A DNA stretch of 64,000 bases, from the sequence record MZ892903.1; one strand, 5' to 3'. This DNA comes from Escherichia phage ELT1. Below, piece after piece: positions 26,784 to 37,073 of this stretch; the stretch's first letter is position 1, and each line of letters starts with the position of its first letter. The notes below the pieces were generated by a model. The model ran no database searches, was not told where the DNA came from, and worked only from the letters and a program-made list of their open reading frames with translations. The position numbers and the translations under genes were made by a program.

Positions 26784-27958
26784 TGAGTATGTTGCAACGC
26801 CCAGGATATCCAAATCTCAGCGTTAAATTGTTTGATAGCTATGACGCTTGGAGTAATAATAGATTTGTTGAATTAGCTGCTACTATTACTACATTAACTA
26901 TGCGGGATTCTCTTTATGGCCGAAATGAAGGAATGCTGCAGTTTTATGATTCTAAAAACATCCATACAAAAATGGATGGAAATGAAATAATTCAGATTTC
27001 TGTAGCTAATGCAAATGATATTAATAATGTTAAAACACGAATTTATGGATGTAAGCATTTTTCCGTGTCAGTAGATTCAAAAGGTGATAACATCATTGCT
27101 ATTGAATTGGGAACTATTCATTCTATAGAAAATCTTAAATTTGGTAGACCATTTTTCCCTGATGCAGGTGAATCTATAAAAGAAATGCTTGGCGTCATTT
27201 ATCAAGATCGCACATTATTAACTCCAGCGATAAATGCTATAAATGCTTATGTTCCTGATATTCCATGGACTAGTACATTTGAAAACTATTTGTCATATGT
27301 CAGAGAAGTTGCTCTAGCTGTAGGAAGTGACAAATTTGTATTTGTGTGGCAAGACATCATGGGAGTTAACATGATGGACTATGATATGATGATAAATCAA
27401 GAACCGTATCCAATGATTGTCGGTGAGCCATCTTTAATAGGTCAATTCATCCAAGAATTAAAATATCCATTAGCATATGATTTCGTTTGGTTGACTAAAT
27501 CGAATCCTCACAAACGTGACCCAATGAAAAATGCTACTATCTATGCGCATTCATTTTTAGATTCTTCATTGCCAATGATTACTACAGGAAAGGGCGAAAA
27601 CTCTATTGTAGTGTCAAGGTCAGGTGCTTATTCTGAAATGACTTATAGGAATGGATATGAAGAAGCTATTCGTCTTCAAACTATGGCACAATATGACGGC
27701 TATGCTAAATGTTCTACTGTCGGTAATTTTAACTTGACTCCTGGTGTTAAAATTATTTTTAATGATAGTAAAAACCAATTTAAAACAGAATTTTACGTTG
27801 ATGAAGTTATCCATGAATTATCCAATAATAATTCAGTAACTCATCTATATATGTTCACTAATGCAACGAAACTGGAAACAATAGACCCAGTTAAGGTTAA
27901 AAATGAATTTAAATCTGATACTACCACTGAAGAAAGTAGTTCTTCCAATAAGCAATAA
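26783..27958 (+). CDS. 27: baseplate hub protein gp27
   Basis: 391 aa. Confidence 0.9.
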   Translation: MSMLQRPGYPNLSVKLFDSYDAWSNNRFVELAATITTLTMRDSLYGRNEGMLQFYDSKNIHTKMDGNEIIQISVANANDINNVKTRIYGCKHFSVSVDSKGDNIIAIELGTIHSIENLKFGRPFFPDAGESIKEMLGVIYQDRTLLTPAINAINAYVPDIPWTSTFENYLSYVREVALAVGSDKFVFVWQDIMGVNMMDYDMMINQEPYPMIVGEPSLIGQFIQELKYPLAYDFVWLTKSNPHKRDPMKNATIYAHSFLDSSLPMITTGKGENSIVVSRSGAYSEMTYRNGYEEAIRLQTMAQYDGYAKCSTVGNFNLTPGVKIIFNDSKNQFKTEFYVDEVIHELSNNNSVTHLYMFTNATKLETIDPVKVKNEFKSDTTTEESSSSNKQ

Positions 27959-28436
27959 AGAAGTTTCTATTCCTAAAATGGGTCTTAAACATTATAACAT
28001 TTTAAAGGATGTTAAAGGTCCTGATGAAAATTTAAAACTTCTTATTGATTCTATTTGTCCGAATTTATCACCGGCAGAAGTTGATTTCGTTTCTATTCAT
28101 TTATTGGAATTTAATGGAAAGATTAAATCTCGTAAAGAAATAGATGGCTATACTTATGACATTAATGATGTTTATGTATGCCAAAGATTGGAATTTCAAT
28201 ACCAAGGAAATACATTTTATTTTAGACCGCCTGGAAAATTTGAACAATTTTTAACTGTGAGCGATATGTTATCTAAATGCTTGCTTAAGGTCAATGATGA
28301 AGTTAAAGAAATTAATTTTCTTGAGATGCCAGCATTCGTTTTAAAATGGGCAAATGATATTTTTACAACTTTAGCAATTCCTGGCCCTAATGGTCCAATA
28401 ACTGGAATTGGCAATATTATTGGATTATTTGAATGA
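27903..28436 (+). CDS. 28: baseplate hub distal subunit gp28
   Basis: 177 aa, overlaps gp27 3' end. Confidence 0.8.
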   Translation: MNLNLILPLKKVVLPISNKEVSIPKMGLKHYNILKDVKGPDENLKLLIDSICPNLSPAEVDFVSIHLLEFNGKIKSRKEIDGYTYDINDVYVCQRLEFQYQGNTFYFRPPGKFEQFLTVSDMLSKCLLKVNDEVKEINFLEMPAFVLKWANDIFTTLAIPGPNGPITGIGNIIGLFE

Positions 28437-30205
28437 AAAAGCCACAAGAAATGCAAACGATGCGTAGAAAAGTTATTTCAGATAATAAACCAACACAGGA
28501 AGCGGCTAAATCCGCTTCCAACACTTTATCTGGACTTAATGATATATCTACGAAATTGGATGATGCTCAAGCTGCTTCTGAACTAATTGCTCAAACTGTC
28601 GAAGAAAAATCGAATGAAATAATTGGAGCAATTGATAACGTAGAAAGCGCAGTGAGTGATACTACTGCTGGTTCTGAGTTAATTGCTGAAACTGTCGAAA
28701 TTGGCAACAATATTAATAAAGAAATTGGTGAATCACTCGGAAGCAAATTAGATAAATTAACAAGTTTACTGGAGCAAAAAATCCAGACAGCCGGAATTCA
28801 ACAAACAGGAACTAGTTTAGCCACGGTTGAAAGCGCTATTCCTGTTAAAGTTGTTGAGGACGATACAGCTGAATCTGTGGGTCCTTTATTACCGGCTCCT
28901 GAAGCAGTTAATAATGATCCTGATGCTGATTTTTTCCCTACCCCTCAGCCAGTTGAACCTAAACAAGAATCGCCAGAAGAAAAACAGAAAAAAGACGCAT
29001 TTAACTTAAAATTATCTCAAGCTTTAGATAAATTAACAAAGACTGTTGATTTCGGATTTAAGAAATCTATTTCAATTACTGATAAAATATCAAGCATGCT
29101 ATTTAAGTATACCGTCAGTGCTGCTATTGAAGCTGCTAAAATGACTGCAATGATATTGGCTGTTGTTGTTGGAATAGACCTGTTGATGGTTCACTTTAAA
29201 TATTGGTCAGATAAATTTTCGCAGGCTTGGGATTTGTTTAGTACAGACTTTACTAAATTCTCTAGCGAAACCGGAACATGGGGTCCTTTATTACAGAGCA
29301 TCTTTAGTTCTATTGATGAAATTAAAAAGTTCTGGGAAGCGGGAGATTGGGGTGGATTGACGGTAGCTATTGTAGAAGGGCTTGGAAAGGTTCTTTATAA
29401 TTTAGGAGAACTTATTCAGCTTGGAATGGCTAAATTATCTGCTGCAATTCTTCGAGTCATTCCTGGCATGAAGGATACCGCTGATGAAGTAGAAGGAAGA
29501 GCACTAGAAAATTTCCAAAATTCTACTGGAGCATCTCTCAATAAAGAAGACCAGGAAAAAGTTGCAAATTATCAAGATAAACGAATGAACGGAGACCTTG
29601 GTCCGATAGCAAAAGGATTAGATAAAATTGCTAATTGGAAAACTCGTGCATCTAACTGGATTCGTGGCGTTGATAATAAAGAATCACTAACTACCGACGA
29701 AGAACGCGCAGCAGAAGAAGAAAAATTAAAGCAACTTTCACCAGAAGAAAGAAAAAATGCTTTAATGAAGGCTAATGAAGCTCGGGCCGCGATGATTCGT
29801 TTTGAAAAATATGCTGATTCAGCTGATATGAGTAAAGACTCAACGGTTAAATCAGTTGAAGCTGCCTATGAAGACCTTAAAAAACGAATGGATGACCCGG
29901 ATTTAAACAATTCACCGGCAGTTAAAAAAGAACTTGCTGCTAGATTTTCTAAAATTGATGCTACTTATCAAGAGCTCAAGAAAAATCAGCCTAATGCCAA
30001 ACCTGAAACTTCTGCTAAATCGCCAGAAGCAAAACAAGTCCAGGTAATAGAAAAGAACGAAGCGCAGCAAGCTCCTGTTCAGCAAGCATCTCCTTCAATC
30101 AATAATACTAATAATGTTGTTAAGAAAAATACTGTCGTTCATAATATGACACCTGTCACAAGCACAACTGCTCCTGGTGTATTTGATGCGACTGGAGTTA
30201 ATTAA
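28433..30205 (+). CDS. 29: tail tape measure / baseplate hub protein gp29
   Basis: 590 aa, helical Ala/Glu/Lys-rich. Confidence 0.9.
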   Translation: MKKPQEMQTMRRKVISDNKPTQEAAKSASNTLSGLNDISTKLDDAQAASELIAQTVEEKSNEIIGAIDNVESAVSDTTAGSELIAETVEIGNNINKEIGESLGSKLDKLTSLLEQKIQTAGIQQTGTSLATVESAIPVKVVEDDTAESVGPLLPAPEAVNNDPDADFFPTPQPVEPKQESPEEKQKKDAFNLKLSQALDKLTKTVDFGFKKSISITDKISSMLFKYTVSAAIEAAKMTAMILAVVVGIDLLMVHFKYWSDKFSQAWDLFSTDFTKFSSETGTWGPLLQSIFSSIDEIKKFWEAGDWGGLTVAIVEGLGKVLYNLGELIQLGMAKLSAAILRVIPGMKDTADEVEGRALENFQNSTGASLNKEDQEKVANYQDKRMNGDLGPIAKGLDKIANWKTRASNWIRGVDNKESLTTDEERAAEEEKLKQLSPEERKNALMKANEARAAMIRFEKYADSADMSKDSTVKSVEAAYEDLKKRMDDPDLNNSPAVKKELAARFSKIDATYQELKKNQPNAKPETSAKSPEAKQVQVIEKNEAQQAPVQQASPSINNTNNVVKKNTVVHNMTPVTSTTAPGVFDATGVN

Positions 30206-30213
30206 GGAATAAT

Positions 30214-31308
30214 ATGGCAATTGTTAAAGAAATAACTGCTGATTTAATTAAAAAGTCCGGTGAGAAAATTTCAGCCGGACAGAGTACTAAATCAGAAGTA
30301 GCAACTAAAACATACACTGCCCAGTTTCCAACTGGGCGTGCTAGTGGTAATGACACTACAGGGGACTTCCAGGTAACAGATCTATATAAGAATGGATTAT
30401 TATTTACTGCATACAATATGTCATCTAGGGATTCTGGAAGTCTTAGATCGATGAGATCTAACTACTCTTCTTCATCTTCGAGTATTTTAAGTACAGCTAG
30501 AAACACTATTAGTAGTACAGTATCAAAACTATCAAATGGATTAATATCAAACAATAATTCAGGAACAATAAGTAAAGCTCCTGTGGCAAATATTCTTTTA
30601 CCGAGATCTAAATCTGACGTTGATACATCATCACATAGATTTAATGATGTTCAAGAAAGCCTTATCAGTAGAGGCGGAGGTACTGCTACTGGTGTGCTAA
30701 GTAATATTGCTTCAACCGCAGTATTTGGGGCACTGGAAAGTATAACACAAGGTATAATGGCTGATAATAATGAACAGATTTATACGACAGCCAGAAGTAT
30801 GTATGGTGGTGCTGAAAATAGAACTAAAGTGTTTACATGGGATTTGACTCCACGTTCAACAGAAGATTTAATGGCTATTATTAATATCTATCAATATTTT
30901 AACTATTTTTCTTATGGTGAAACAGGTAAATCTCAATACGCTGCTGAAATAAAGGGGTATTTAGATGATTGGTATCGTTCTACGTTAATTGAACCTTTAT
31001 CTCCGGAAGACGCAGCTAAAAATAAAACACTATTTGAGAAAATGACAGCAAGTTTAACGAACGTTCTTGTAGTTTCAAACCCGACAGTTTGGATGGTGAA
31101 AAACTTTGGTGCAACATCTAAGTTTGATGGAAAAACGGAAATATTTGGTCCATGCCAAATACAGAGCATTAGATTTGATAAAACACCTAATGGTAACTTT
31201 AATGGATTAGCTATTGCTCCAAACCTCCCTAGTACATTTACTCTCGAGATTACTATGAGAGAAATTATCACGTTAAACCGTGCTTCTTTATATGCGGGGA
31301 CTTTTTAA
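30214..31308 (+). CDS. 48: baseplate-tail tube junction protein gp48
   Basis: 364 aa. Confidence 0.9.
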   Translation: MAIVKEITADLIKKSGEKISAGQSTKSEVATKTYTAQFPTGRASGNDTTGDFQVTDLYKNGLLFTAYNMSSRDSGSLRSMRSNYSSSSSSILSTARNTISSTVSKLSNGLISNNNSGTISKAPVANILLPRSKSDVDTSSHRFNDVQESLISRGGGTATGVLSNIASTAVFGALESITQGIMADNNEQIYTTARSMYGGAENRTKVFTWDLTPRSTEDLMAIINIYQYFNYFSYGETGKSQYAAEIKGYLDDWYRSTLIEPLSPEDAAKNKTLFEKMTASLTNVLVVSNPTVWMVKNFGATSKFDGKTEIFGPCQIQSIRFDKTPNGNFNGLAIAPNLPSTFTLEITMREIITLNRASLYAGTF

Positions 31309-32273
31309 TGTATTCTTTAGAGGAATTTAATAATCAAGCAATAAACGCAGATTTCCAACGTAATAATATGTTTAGCTGCGTTTTTGCAACAACTCCATCA
31401 ACTAAAAGCTCTTCGTTGATAAGTTCAATTAGCAACTTTTCTTATAATAACTTGGGCCTAAATTCAAATTGGTTAGGATTAACCCAAGGTGATATTAATC
31501 AGGGAATTACCACGCTAATTACAGCTGGCACACAAAAACTGATAAGAAAATCAGGGGTTAGTAAATATCTTATTGGTGCCATGAGTCAACGTACTGTCCA
31601 GAGTTTATTAGGCTCATTTACAGTTGGTACATATTTAATTGACTTCTTTAACATGGCATATAACTCATCTGGATTGATGATATACTCTGTAAAAATGCCA
31701 GAGAATAGATTATCCTATGAAACTGACTGGAACTATAATTCTCCTAATATTCGTATAACTGGGAGAGAATTAGACCCTTTGGTTATTTCATTTAGGATGG
31801 ATTCAGAAGCTTGTAACTATCGTGCGATGCAAGACTGGGTTAACGCTGTTCAAGACCCAGTAACTGGATTGCGTGCTTTACCACAAGATGTCGAGGCAGA
31901 TATTCAGGTTAATCTTCATGCTCGTAATGGATTACCTCATACTGCTGTGATGTTCACCGGATGCATTCCAGTGTCAGTGAGCGCTCCTGAGTTATCATAT
32001 GATGGAGATAACCAAATAACTACATTTGATGTTACTTTTGCGTATAGAGTCATGCAGTCTGGGTCGGTTGATAGACAAGCTGCGCTTGAATGGCTTGAAT
32101 CTGCTGCCATAAACGGTATTCAAAGCGTTCTCGGAAATAGTGGAGGTGTTACTGGACTATCTAATTCGCTTTCACGACTTAGTAGACTAGGAGGAACCTC
32201 AGGAAGCATTTCAAACATTAATACTATGACGGGAATTGTCAACTCGCAAAGTAAAATATTAGGAGCAATATAA
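31308..32273 (+). CDS. 54: baseplate-tail tube initiator gp54
   Basis: 321 aa. Confidence 0.9.
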   Translation: MYSLEEFNNQAINADFQRNNMFSCVFATTPSTKSSSLISSISNFSYNNLGLNSNWLGLTQGDINQGITTLITAGTQKLIRKSGVSKYLIGAMSQRTVQSLLGSFTVGTYLIDFFNMAYNSSGLMIYSVKMPENRLSYETDWNYNSPNIRITGRELDPLVISFRMDSEACNYRAMQDWVNAVQDPVTGLRALPQDVEADIQVNLHARNGLPHTAVMFTGCIPVSVSAPELSYDGDNQITTFDVTFAYRVMQSGSVDRQAALEWLESAAINGIQSVLGNSGGVTGLSNSLSRLSRLGGTSGSISNINTMTGIVNSQSKILGAI

Positions 32274-32277
32274 CAAT

Positions 32278-32307
32278 GGGGACCGAAAGGTCCCCATATT
32301 TTTATTT
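32278..32307. terminator. bidirectional terminator between gene 54 and the convergent minus-strand 96-aa ORF
   Basis: ggggacc-gaaa-ggtcccc hairpin plus T-run. Confidence 0.7.
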
Positions 32308-32592
32308 ACGGAATGAAATAAAAGCAGCAACTGAAGCAACTAAACTGTCTTCAATATAAACTTCAATTTTTACCGGAGCTTCTGACTCAAATTTACCTGT
32401 TACTACACCCTGAAAAATAATTTCAGTCTGTTCTGGCTTTGAAAAATTTTCAGAAGGAAAAATTCCGAACTTTTTATCTGTTCCAAAAATTTTAATAAAT
32501 TCATCGTAAACCGCTTCGTTAAAAGCATTATCAGCAGGAATAACGCCTTCAACTACAAGTTCTTGACCTAAAAAGCGTAAAGAAGATTTCAT
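32302..32592 (-). CDS. hypothetical protein (region corresponding to T4 alt.-x ORFs)
   Basis: 96-aa ORF with GAGGA SD supplied by the 54-bp repeat. Confidence 0.6.
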   Translation of the reverse strand: MKSSLRFLGQELVVEGVIPADNAFNEAVYDEFIKIFGTDKKFGIFPSENFSKPEQTEIIFQGVVTGKFESEAPVKIEVYIEDSLVASVAAFISFRK

Positions 32593-32599
32593 TTTGTGT

Positions 32600-32653
32600 T
32601 CCTCATGTTATGTCAGTAAGTCTACTATAACACAACACGAGGGACTTGTAAAC
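32600..32653 (-). repeat. 54-bp perfect direct repeat, copy A (early promoter + leader + SD cassette)
   Basis: Identical to 46418-46471; on minus strand reads GTTTAC-18 bp-TATAGT ... GAGGA. Confidence 0.9.
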
Positions 32654-33010
32654 TACATTTTGAACTTTTTAGTACGCGTAATAGGCATGCGTCGATTTTA
32701 TACTGTTTCATTGTTTGAAGAGCAGTATCAAAAACAGCATTAATGACACCAATTGGATTTCCACCCAAGTTTTTAAGTTTAACTAATGATAGTTTCTCAT
32801 TAACACCTATCATTACGATATGCATCATTTTATCGCCTGGCTTAACGTTTTATCTGTATCATCGCCAGAGGTGTATGTACAAAATCTAAATCCAGGAAGC
32901 ACGCTTTCTTCGCCGGCTTGAATAGCAAAAATTTGTGGTATTTTATGCTTAGGATTTAAGTTAACAACCGGCGCCGAAGCGCCGTCAAATAATTATGTAA
33001 TAAGTTCCAT
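32625..33010 (-). pseudogene. decayed tandem duplicate of the alt 5' region (alt N-terminal paralog remnant)
   Basis: Starts 3 nt after alt stop with ATGGAACTTATTACATAA (MELIT-stop; alt has MMELITELFD); DNA and protein similarity to alt codons 1 to about 117 with a frameshift; includes the 67-aa ORF 32625-32828, which matches alt residues 64 onward. Confidence 0.75.
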
Positions 33011-33013
33011 GAT

Positions 33014-35110
33014 TTATCCTTGAACGAACTTGTAAGGCATGTTTGCAATATCTATGCAAGATGCAATAATTCCAAGAGATGATTCTACTTTTTGTTTAAC
33101 ATTTGATGAAACAAATGATGCAAAGTCAACTCTGTCTTCTATTTCAATATCACCTGTCATTGCAACTACTTCACCAGTTTCCATTAGACGGTCACCGTCA
33201 TAAATGACTGATTCGGTGAGTTCTTCCGTAGTCATAACTTCAGCTTGAATGAGTTTTGTATTATTAGATGTTGTTCCGTCATTATTAGAAGCATCAGTTA
33301 TTTTATTAACTTTGACCATCAATCCACGTGGTAGAATAACTTCAGCTTCTGTTGCTATTCCGAGACTTCCTGGATATACAACATTAACTTTATGAGCTCC
33401 ATCAATTGCCCATCCTATTTGAACTTTAACGTATTCAGGATTTTCTTTATACGCTCTTATTTCGTTTGGATTAATAGTTATTCCTTCTTCATTTTTATCA
33501 ACTGTCAATTCATTACGAGCTTCTGGTTCTAAAAGACCGATACCAGCATGTGTAATTCCAAAACGTCCAAAAATGATAGGAGTTAAAGAAGTAGATACAA
33601 AATTTCTGAAATAGAACACTTTATTTTTAACTAGCGCTTCGTATATAGGAGCAGTCATACTTTGAGCACGATAAACTGTAATGCCTTCTGGTATACGGTC
33701 ACCATTTTCAAAAGCTGAATCTAAATTATTTATCGCAGATTCAATTTCTTTTTCACTCATTACATCATATCGTGCTGGATTGTAGCGGCCTAAAAGAAGA
33801 TTATTGATGTCAGTATATCCTGAACCGCAATATTCTCTAATGCCACGCTTTTGTGATGGAGTATATTTAGAACCATCGCGGGCAATAGTAATATCAATCA
33901 TTGGACCAGCACCAATTCCAGAAAAGCTATAAATCATTCGTTTGAGGAATTTAGTTTTTGCTGCATTCCAGGCATTTTTAGTTATTTCTCCCCAGACTTC
34001 ATCTGATTGCCCTTTACGAGTTTTATTATGTTTATCAAGCCAAGTATCTTTATATTCTTCAAAGAATTTATTAATAGCTGCTGCATACTTCTCTAAACAT
34101 TTTATTGAAGTAGTTGGTTCATTTTTAATCGCATTAAGAATTACATCTTTAATTTTTTCAGAAACTTCACCAACCTCACTCATTGGAAAGAATTTATAGT
34201 CATAATGAAGTTCATCTGCAGTTCCTTCAGCAATAATTTTTGCTGCCTTAGTTTTAGAAGCTAATGAATTAATTCCAAGCTTCATTTCTTCTGCTTCGGG
34301 AATTAAAGGAGCTGTAGCAGGTTTATTGAAATTAGCTGCGGTAGATTCATATTTCTGGAATAATTCGCTTTCATTACGATAAGATTCTAACGATTGACTT
34401 GCCGCAATTGCTCTACGTGAAATTTTAACTTTAACGATTACAGCTTGGTCAGAACGTTTATCATTTTCTTGCGCAATAGATGCTGCAATTGCCTCATTTT
34501 TAGTTACTTGAGCTCCAGTATCTTTATTGATATAAACATCACCGACCTTCGATTCAACCTTAGTAAAGAGCTCGGTACTAATTTCCGGAACTCCTGGAAT
34601 GTCTTCTAGTGATACATTTTTGCGATGTATAAGAATATATGCATACTTTTTATCATAATCCCAGAGTTCCTTAAGAAGGACGTATCTGCCACCTGAACGA
34701 CTACGGATAAGTCTATCAGCAATAACTTGAATTTGTCGAGCTTGACCAGCGGTTTTAGACTTAAGAATACGAAGCATACAAGCATCAATTTTATACTGAC
34801 GCATCGTTTGCATTGCAACAGTAAAAACCGAATTGATATAATTAATTGGGCTTGGACCAAGACCTTTCAATTTAGCAATTGAACCTTTAGCGGTTAATGT
34901 AAAAGGAACAATATGCATCATTTTATCGCCCATCTTTAAATCACGATTAGTATCACCTCCAGATGTATAGGTACATAAACGAAAGCCCGGTTGTTCAATT
35001 GCATCATCAACATGAACTGAAAAAATTTGCGGTATTTTCTTCTTTGGATTTAAGTTTGTAATTGGAAGAGTAGTATCTTCGTCAAATAATTCTGTAATTA
35101 GTTCCATCAT
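33014..35110 (-). CDS. alt: ADP-ribosyltransferase Alt (packaged internal head protein)
   Basis: 698 aa, T4 Alt-like, late promoter immediately upstream. Confidence 0.85.
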   Translation of the reverse strand: MMELITELFDEDTTLPITNLNPKKKIPQIFSVHVDDAIEQPGFRLCTYTSGGDTNRDLKMGDKMMHIVPFTLTAKGSIAKLKGLGPSPINYINSVFTVAMQTMRQYKIDACMLRILKSKTAGQARQIQVIADRLIRSRSGGRYVLLKELWDYDKKYAYILIHRKNVSLEDIPGVPEISTELFTKVESKVGDVYINKDTGAQVTKNEAIAASIAQENDKRSDQAVIVKVKISRRAIAASQSLESYRNESELFQKYESTAANFNKPATAPLIPEAEEMKLGINSLASKTKAAKIIAEGTADELHYDYKFFPMSEVGEVSEKIKDVILNAIKNEPTTSIKCLEKYAAAINKFFEEYKDTWLDKHNKTRKGQSDEVWGEITKNAWNAAKTKFLKRMIYSFSGIGAGPMIDITIARDGSKYTPSQKRGIREYCGSGYTDINNLLLGRYNPARYDVMSEKEIESAINNLDSAFENGDRIPEGITVYRAQSMTAPIYEALVKNKVFYFRNFVSTSLTPIIFGRFGITHAGIGLLEPEARNELTVDKNEEGITINPNEIRAYKENPEYVKVQIGWAIDGAHKVNVVYPGSLGIATEAEVILPRGLMVKVNKITDASNNDGTTSNNTKLIQAEVMTTEELTESVIYDGDRLMETGEVVAMTGDIEIEDRVDFASFVSSNVKQKVESSLGIIASCIDIANMPYKFVQG

Positions 35111-35130
35111 ATCCTCTCTAGTGTTTATTC

Positions 35131-35138
35131 TATTTATA
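35131..35138 (-). promoter_or_regulatory. late promoter core TATAAATA (minus strand) upstream of alt
   Basis: plus-strand tatttata; 21 nt upstream of alt ATG. Confidence 0.55.
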
Positions 35139-35158
35139 AATTAAAGGCCCGAAGGCCT

Positions 35159-35347
35159 TTAATAATCTAATGGTAAGAGAGTACGATATATTTCAAACTT
35201 TGGCCCTTTTTCATAGGCATCAAATGTTTCTGTAAATTTATTATAAGCGTATGCATCTACAAATTCGAGAATGACTTGTGATACAGAAGTAGAAACATCT
35301 CCACCTTCTTTTTGAGCAATGACAATTGTTTCTAAGTAAGCTTTCAT
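35159..35347 (-). CDS. hypothetical protein (T4 alt.1-like position)
   Basis: 62-aa ORF between gene 30 and alt. Confidence 0.55.
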   Translation of the reverse strand: MKAYLETIVIAQKEGGDVSTSVSQVILEFVDAYAYNKFTETFDAYEKGPKFEIYRTLLPLDY

Positions 35348-36807
35348 AGACCAGTTACCTCATGAAAATCACCAAATACATCCTCGAACGTATTAGCTTT
35401 AGTTTTATCTTCGCGTAAACGAATCGCAATCGGAAGAAATAATTTAACGTAATCAGTGCGGCCATCAGATTTTAACCAACCGTTGCATTCGCACTCTAGA
35501 ATTTTTCCAATATAATAATTTTGGTTTTCCATAATGCGAGTACGGTCAAGTTCATGCGATTTTACACCGGCTTTATCTTTTAAGCCTGAACCAGCATTTA
35601 CCTTAATTTTTCCACACTCTGACTCAAGAATAAATCCACCTGCTTTAGTAGGGTCTTTACGGTGAGGATAAATTCCTACAATTTTTAAATCAACATCAAT
35701 TACTTCTTTAAATTTATAAAGATTTTTTGAACGGGCATTTTCCCATAACCCATCAACGTTTTTGAGAATAATACCTTCAAGACCTTGGTCAATATACTTT
35801 TTATAAATTACCTTGGCTTCGTCTAGGTTATTTACTACCTGGTTTTCAATTAAAATTACTTTATCATATCCTGATGTCATTTGTTCTAGTTTAGAAAAAC
35901 GTACATCATATTTTAAACGAAACGTCGGAAGACCGTATATTTCTACCAACGGAACATAATCCCAGACCTGAAACTTCATGCATTGAGCTTCTTTTTCAGA
36001 AATGGTTCCCTTTAAAGATTTATTAGCGATTCCATTAGAAGTAGTACGTGATTCAGCTACTTCGGCGAATTCTTTGGCTTTACTAATTTCAGGATAAGCA
36101 TCAAAAAGAAAATCTAGGCCTTCTGGCTCCTTTTTAACTTGCTCATGGTATACCAATTCGCCATCAATTAACACGCCTTCTGGATGAATCTGGCGGGCTT
36201 CTGCAGTCATTTTGATTAATTCTTCCTTAAGAAGATCTAATCCTAGATATTCATTACCGGCTCGTGATAAAAGACGAACATCATCTAATTCATCACCTCT
36301 GACTTCGGCAAAGCACCGAGCCCCATCAGCTTTTAACTGGGCAAAGGCTGGAAACTTGATATTCTTACTAATGCCTTTTTCATCATAAGAACTTGCCAGC
36401 ATTTGAGGTTGTTCAGGAATTAAACCTGGCCAAACTTTGTTTGCAATAGATACTGAAGCACCGCATTCAAGGTCTCGCATCATCACCCGACGCAAAACTT
36501 CAACATCATCTTTTTTACCATCGGTGATATATCCAGTTAATTCCTCAATTGCTGCATTTCCAGTCAATTTCCGAGTAGCTAATGTGAATTCAATGAAGTC
36601 AAGCATATCGGTAAGAGTCAACATTCCAAAACTCTGGGTAGCAATACCAGGTTTAGGCCATTTCTTGATATAATACTGCAGCCCACGAGAATAAGTCAGA
36701 CGATATACTCGTTTAAGCAATTCATTATCTTTATTCTTTTCAAGAATTGCTTGCTTCTGCTTAGTTGAACCAATAGATGCTATTTCGTTCAGAATTTTAA
36801 GAATCAT
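35344..36807 (-). CDS. 30: ATP-dependent DNA ligase gp30
   Basis: 487 aa, active-site motif KADGAR. Confidence 0.95.
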   Translation of the reverse strand: MILKILNEIASIGSTKQKQAILEKNKDNELLKRVYRLTYSRGLQYYIKKWPKPGIATQSFGMLTLTDMLDFIEFTLATRKLTGNAAIEELTGYITDGKKDDVEVLRRVMMRDLECGASVSIANKVWPGLIPEQPQMLASSYDEKGISKNIKFPAFAQLKADGARCFAEVRGDELDDVRLLSRAGNEYLGLDLLKEELIKMTAEARQIHPEGVLIDGELVYHEQVKKEPEGLDFLFDAYPEISKAKEFAEVAESRTTSNGIANKSLKGTISEKEAQCMKFQVWDYVPLVEIYGLPTFRLKYDVRFSKLEQMTSGYDKVILIENQVVNNLDEAKVIYKKYIDQGLEGIILKNVDGLWENARSKNLYKFKEVIDVDLKIVGIYPHRKDPTKAGGFILESECGKIKVNAGSGLKDKAGVKSHELDRTRIMENQNYYIGKILECECNGWLKSDGRTDYVKLFLPIAIRLREDKTKANTFEDVFGDFHEVTGL

Positions 36808-37073
36808 TGTTCATCCTTCAGAGTTTGGTTTACAGCTCTATTATAAATCAATTCATCATTAAGCTCAGTCAAAGACTTATGATATGTGGTTCTAACTTTA
36901 TTTCCTTGCATCCAGTGCTTGATATAAATGAAACCTTGCTCTACGCATTTTTTAAAAATTCGTTCGTCTTTTTGAGCTCGGAATTCTGGATTGCATCTAA
37001 AAAATTGATTTACGTGACCGTAATCACGTGTAGTATTACCTTCATTTTCATAAATAGTGTGAACAACAAACAT
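36804..37073 (-). CDS. hypothetical protein (30.1-like)
   Basis: 89-aa ORF, overlapping start/stop. Confidence 0.6.
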   Translation of the reverse strand: MFVVHTIYENEGNTTRDYGHVNQFFRCNPEFRAQKDERIFKKCVEQGFIYIKHWMQGNKVRTTYHKSLTELNDELIYNRAVNQTLKDEQ

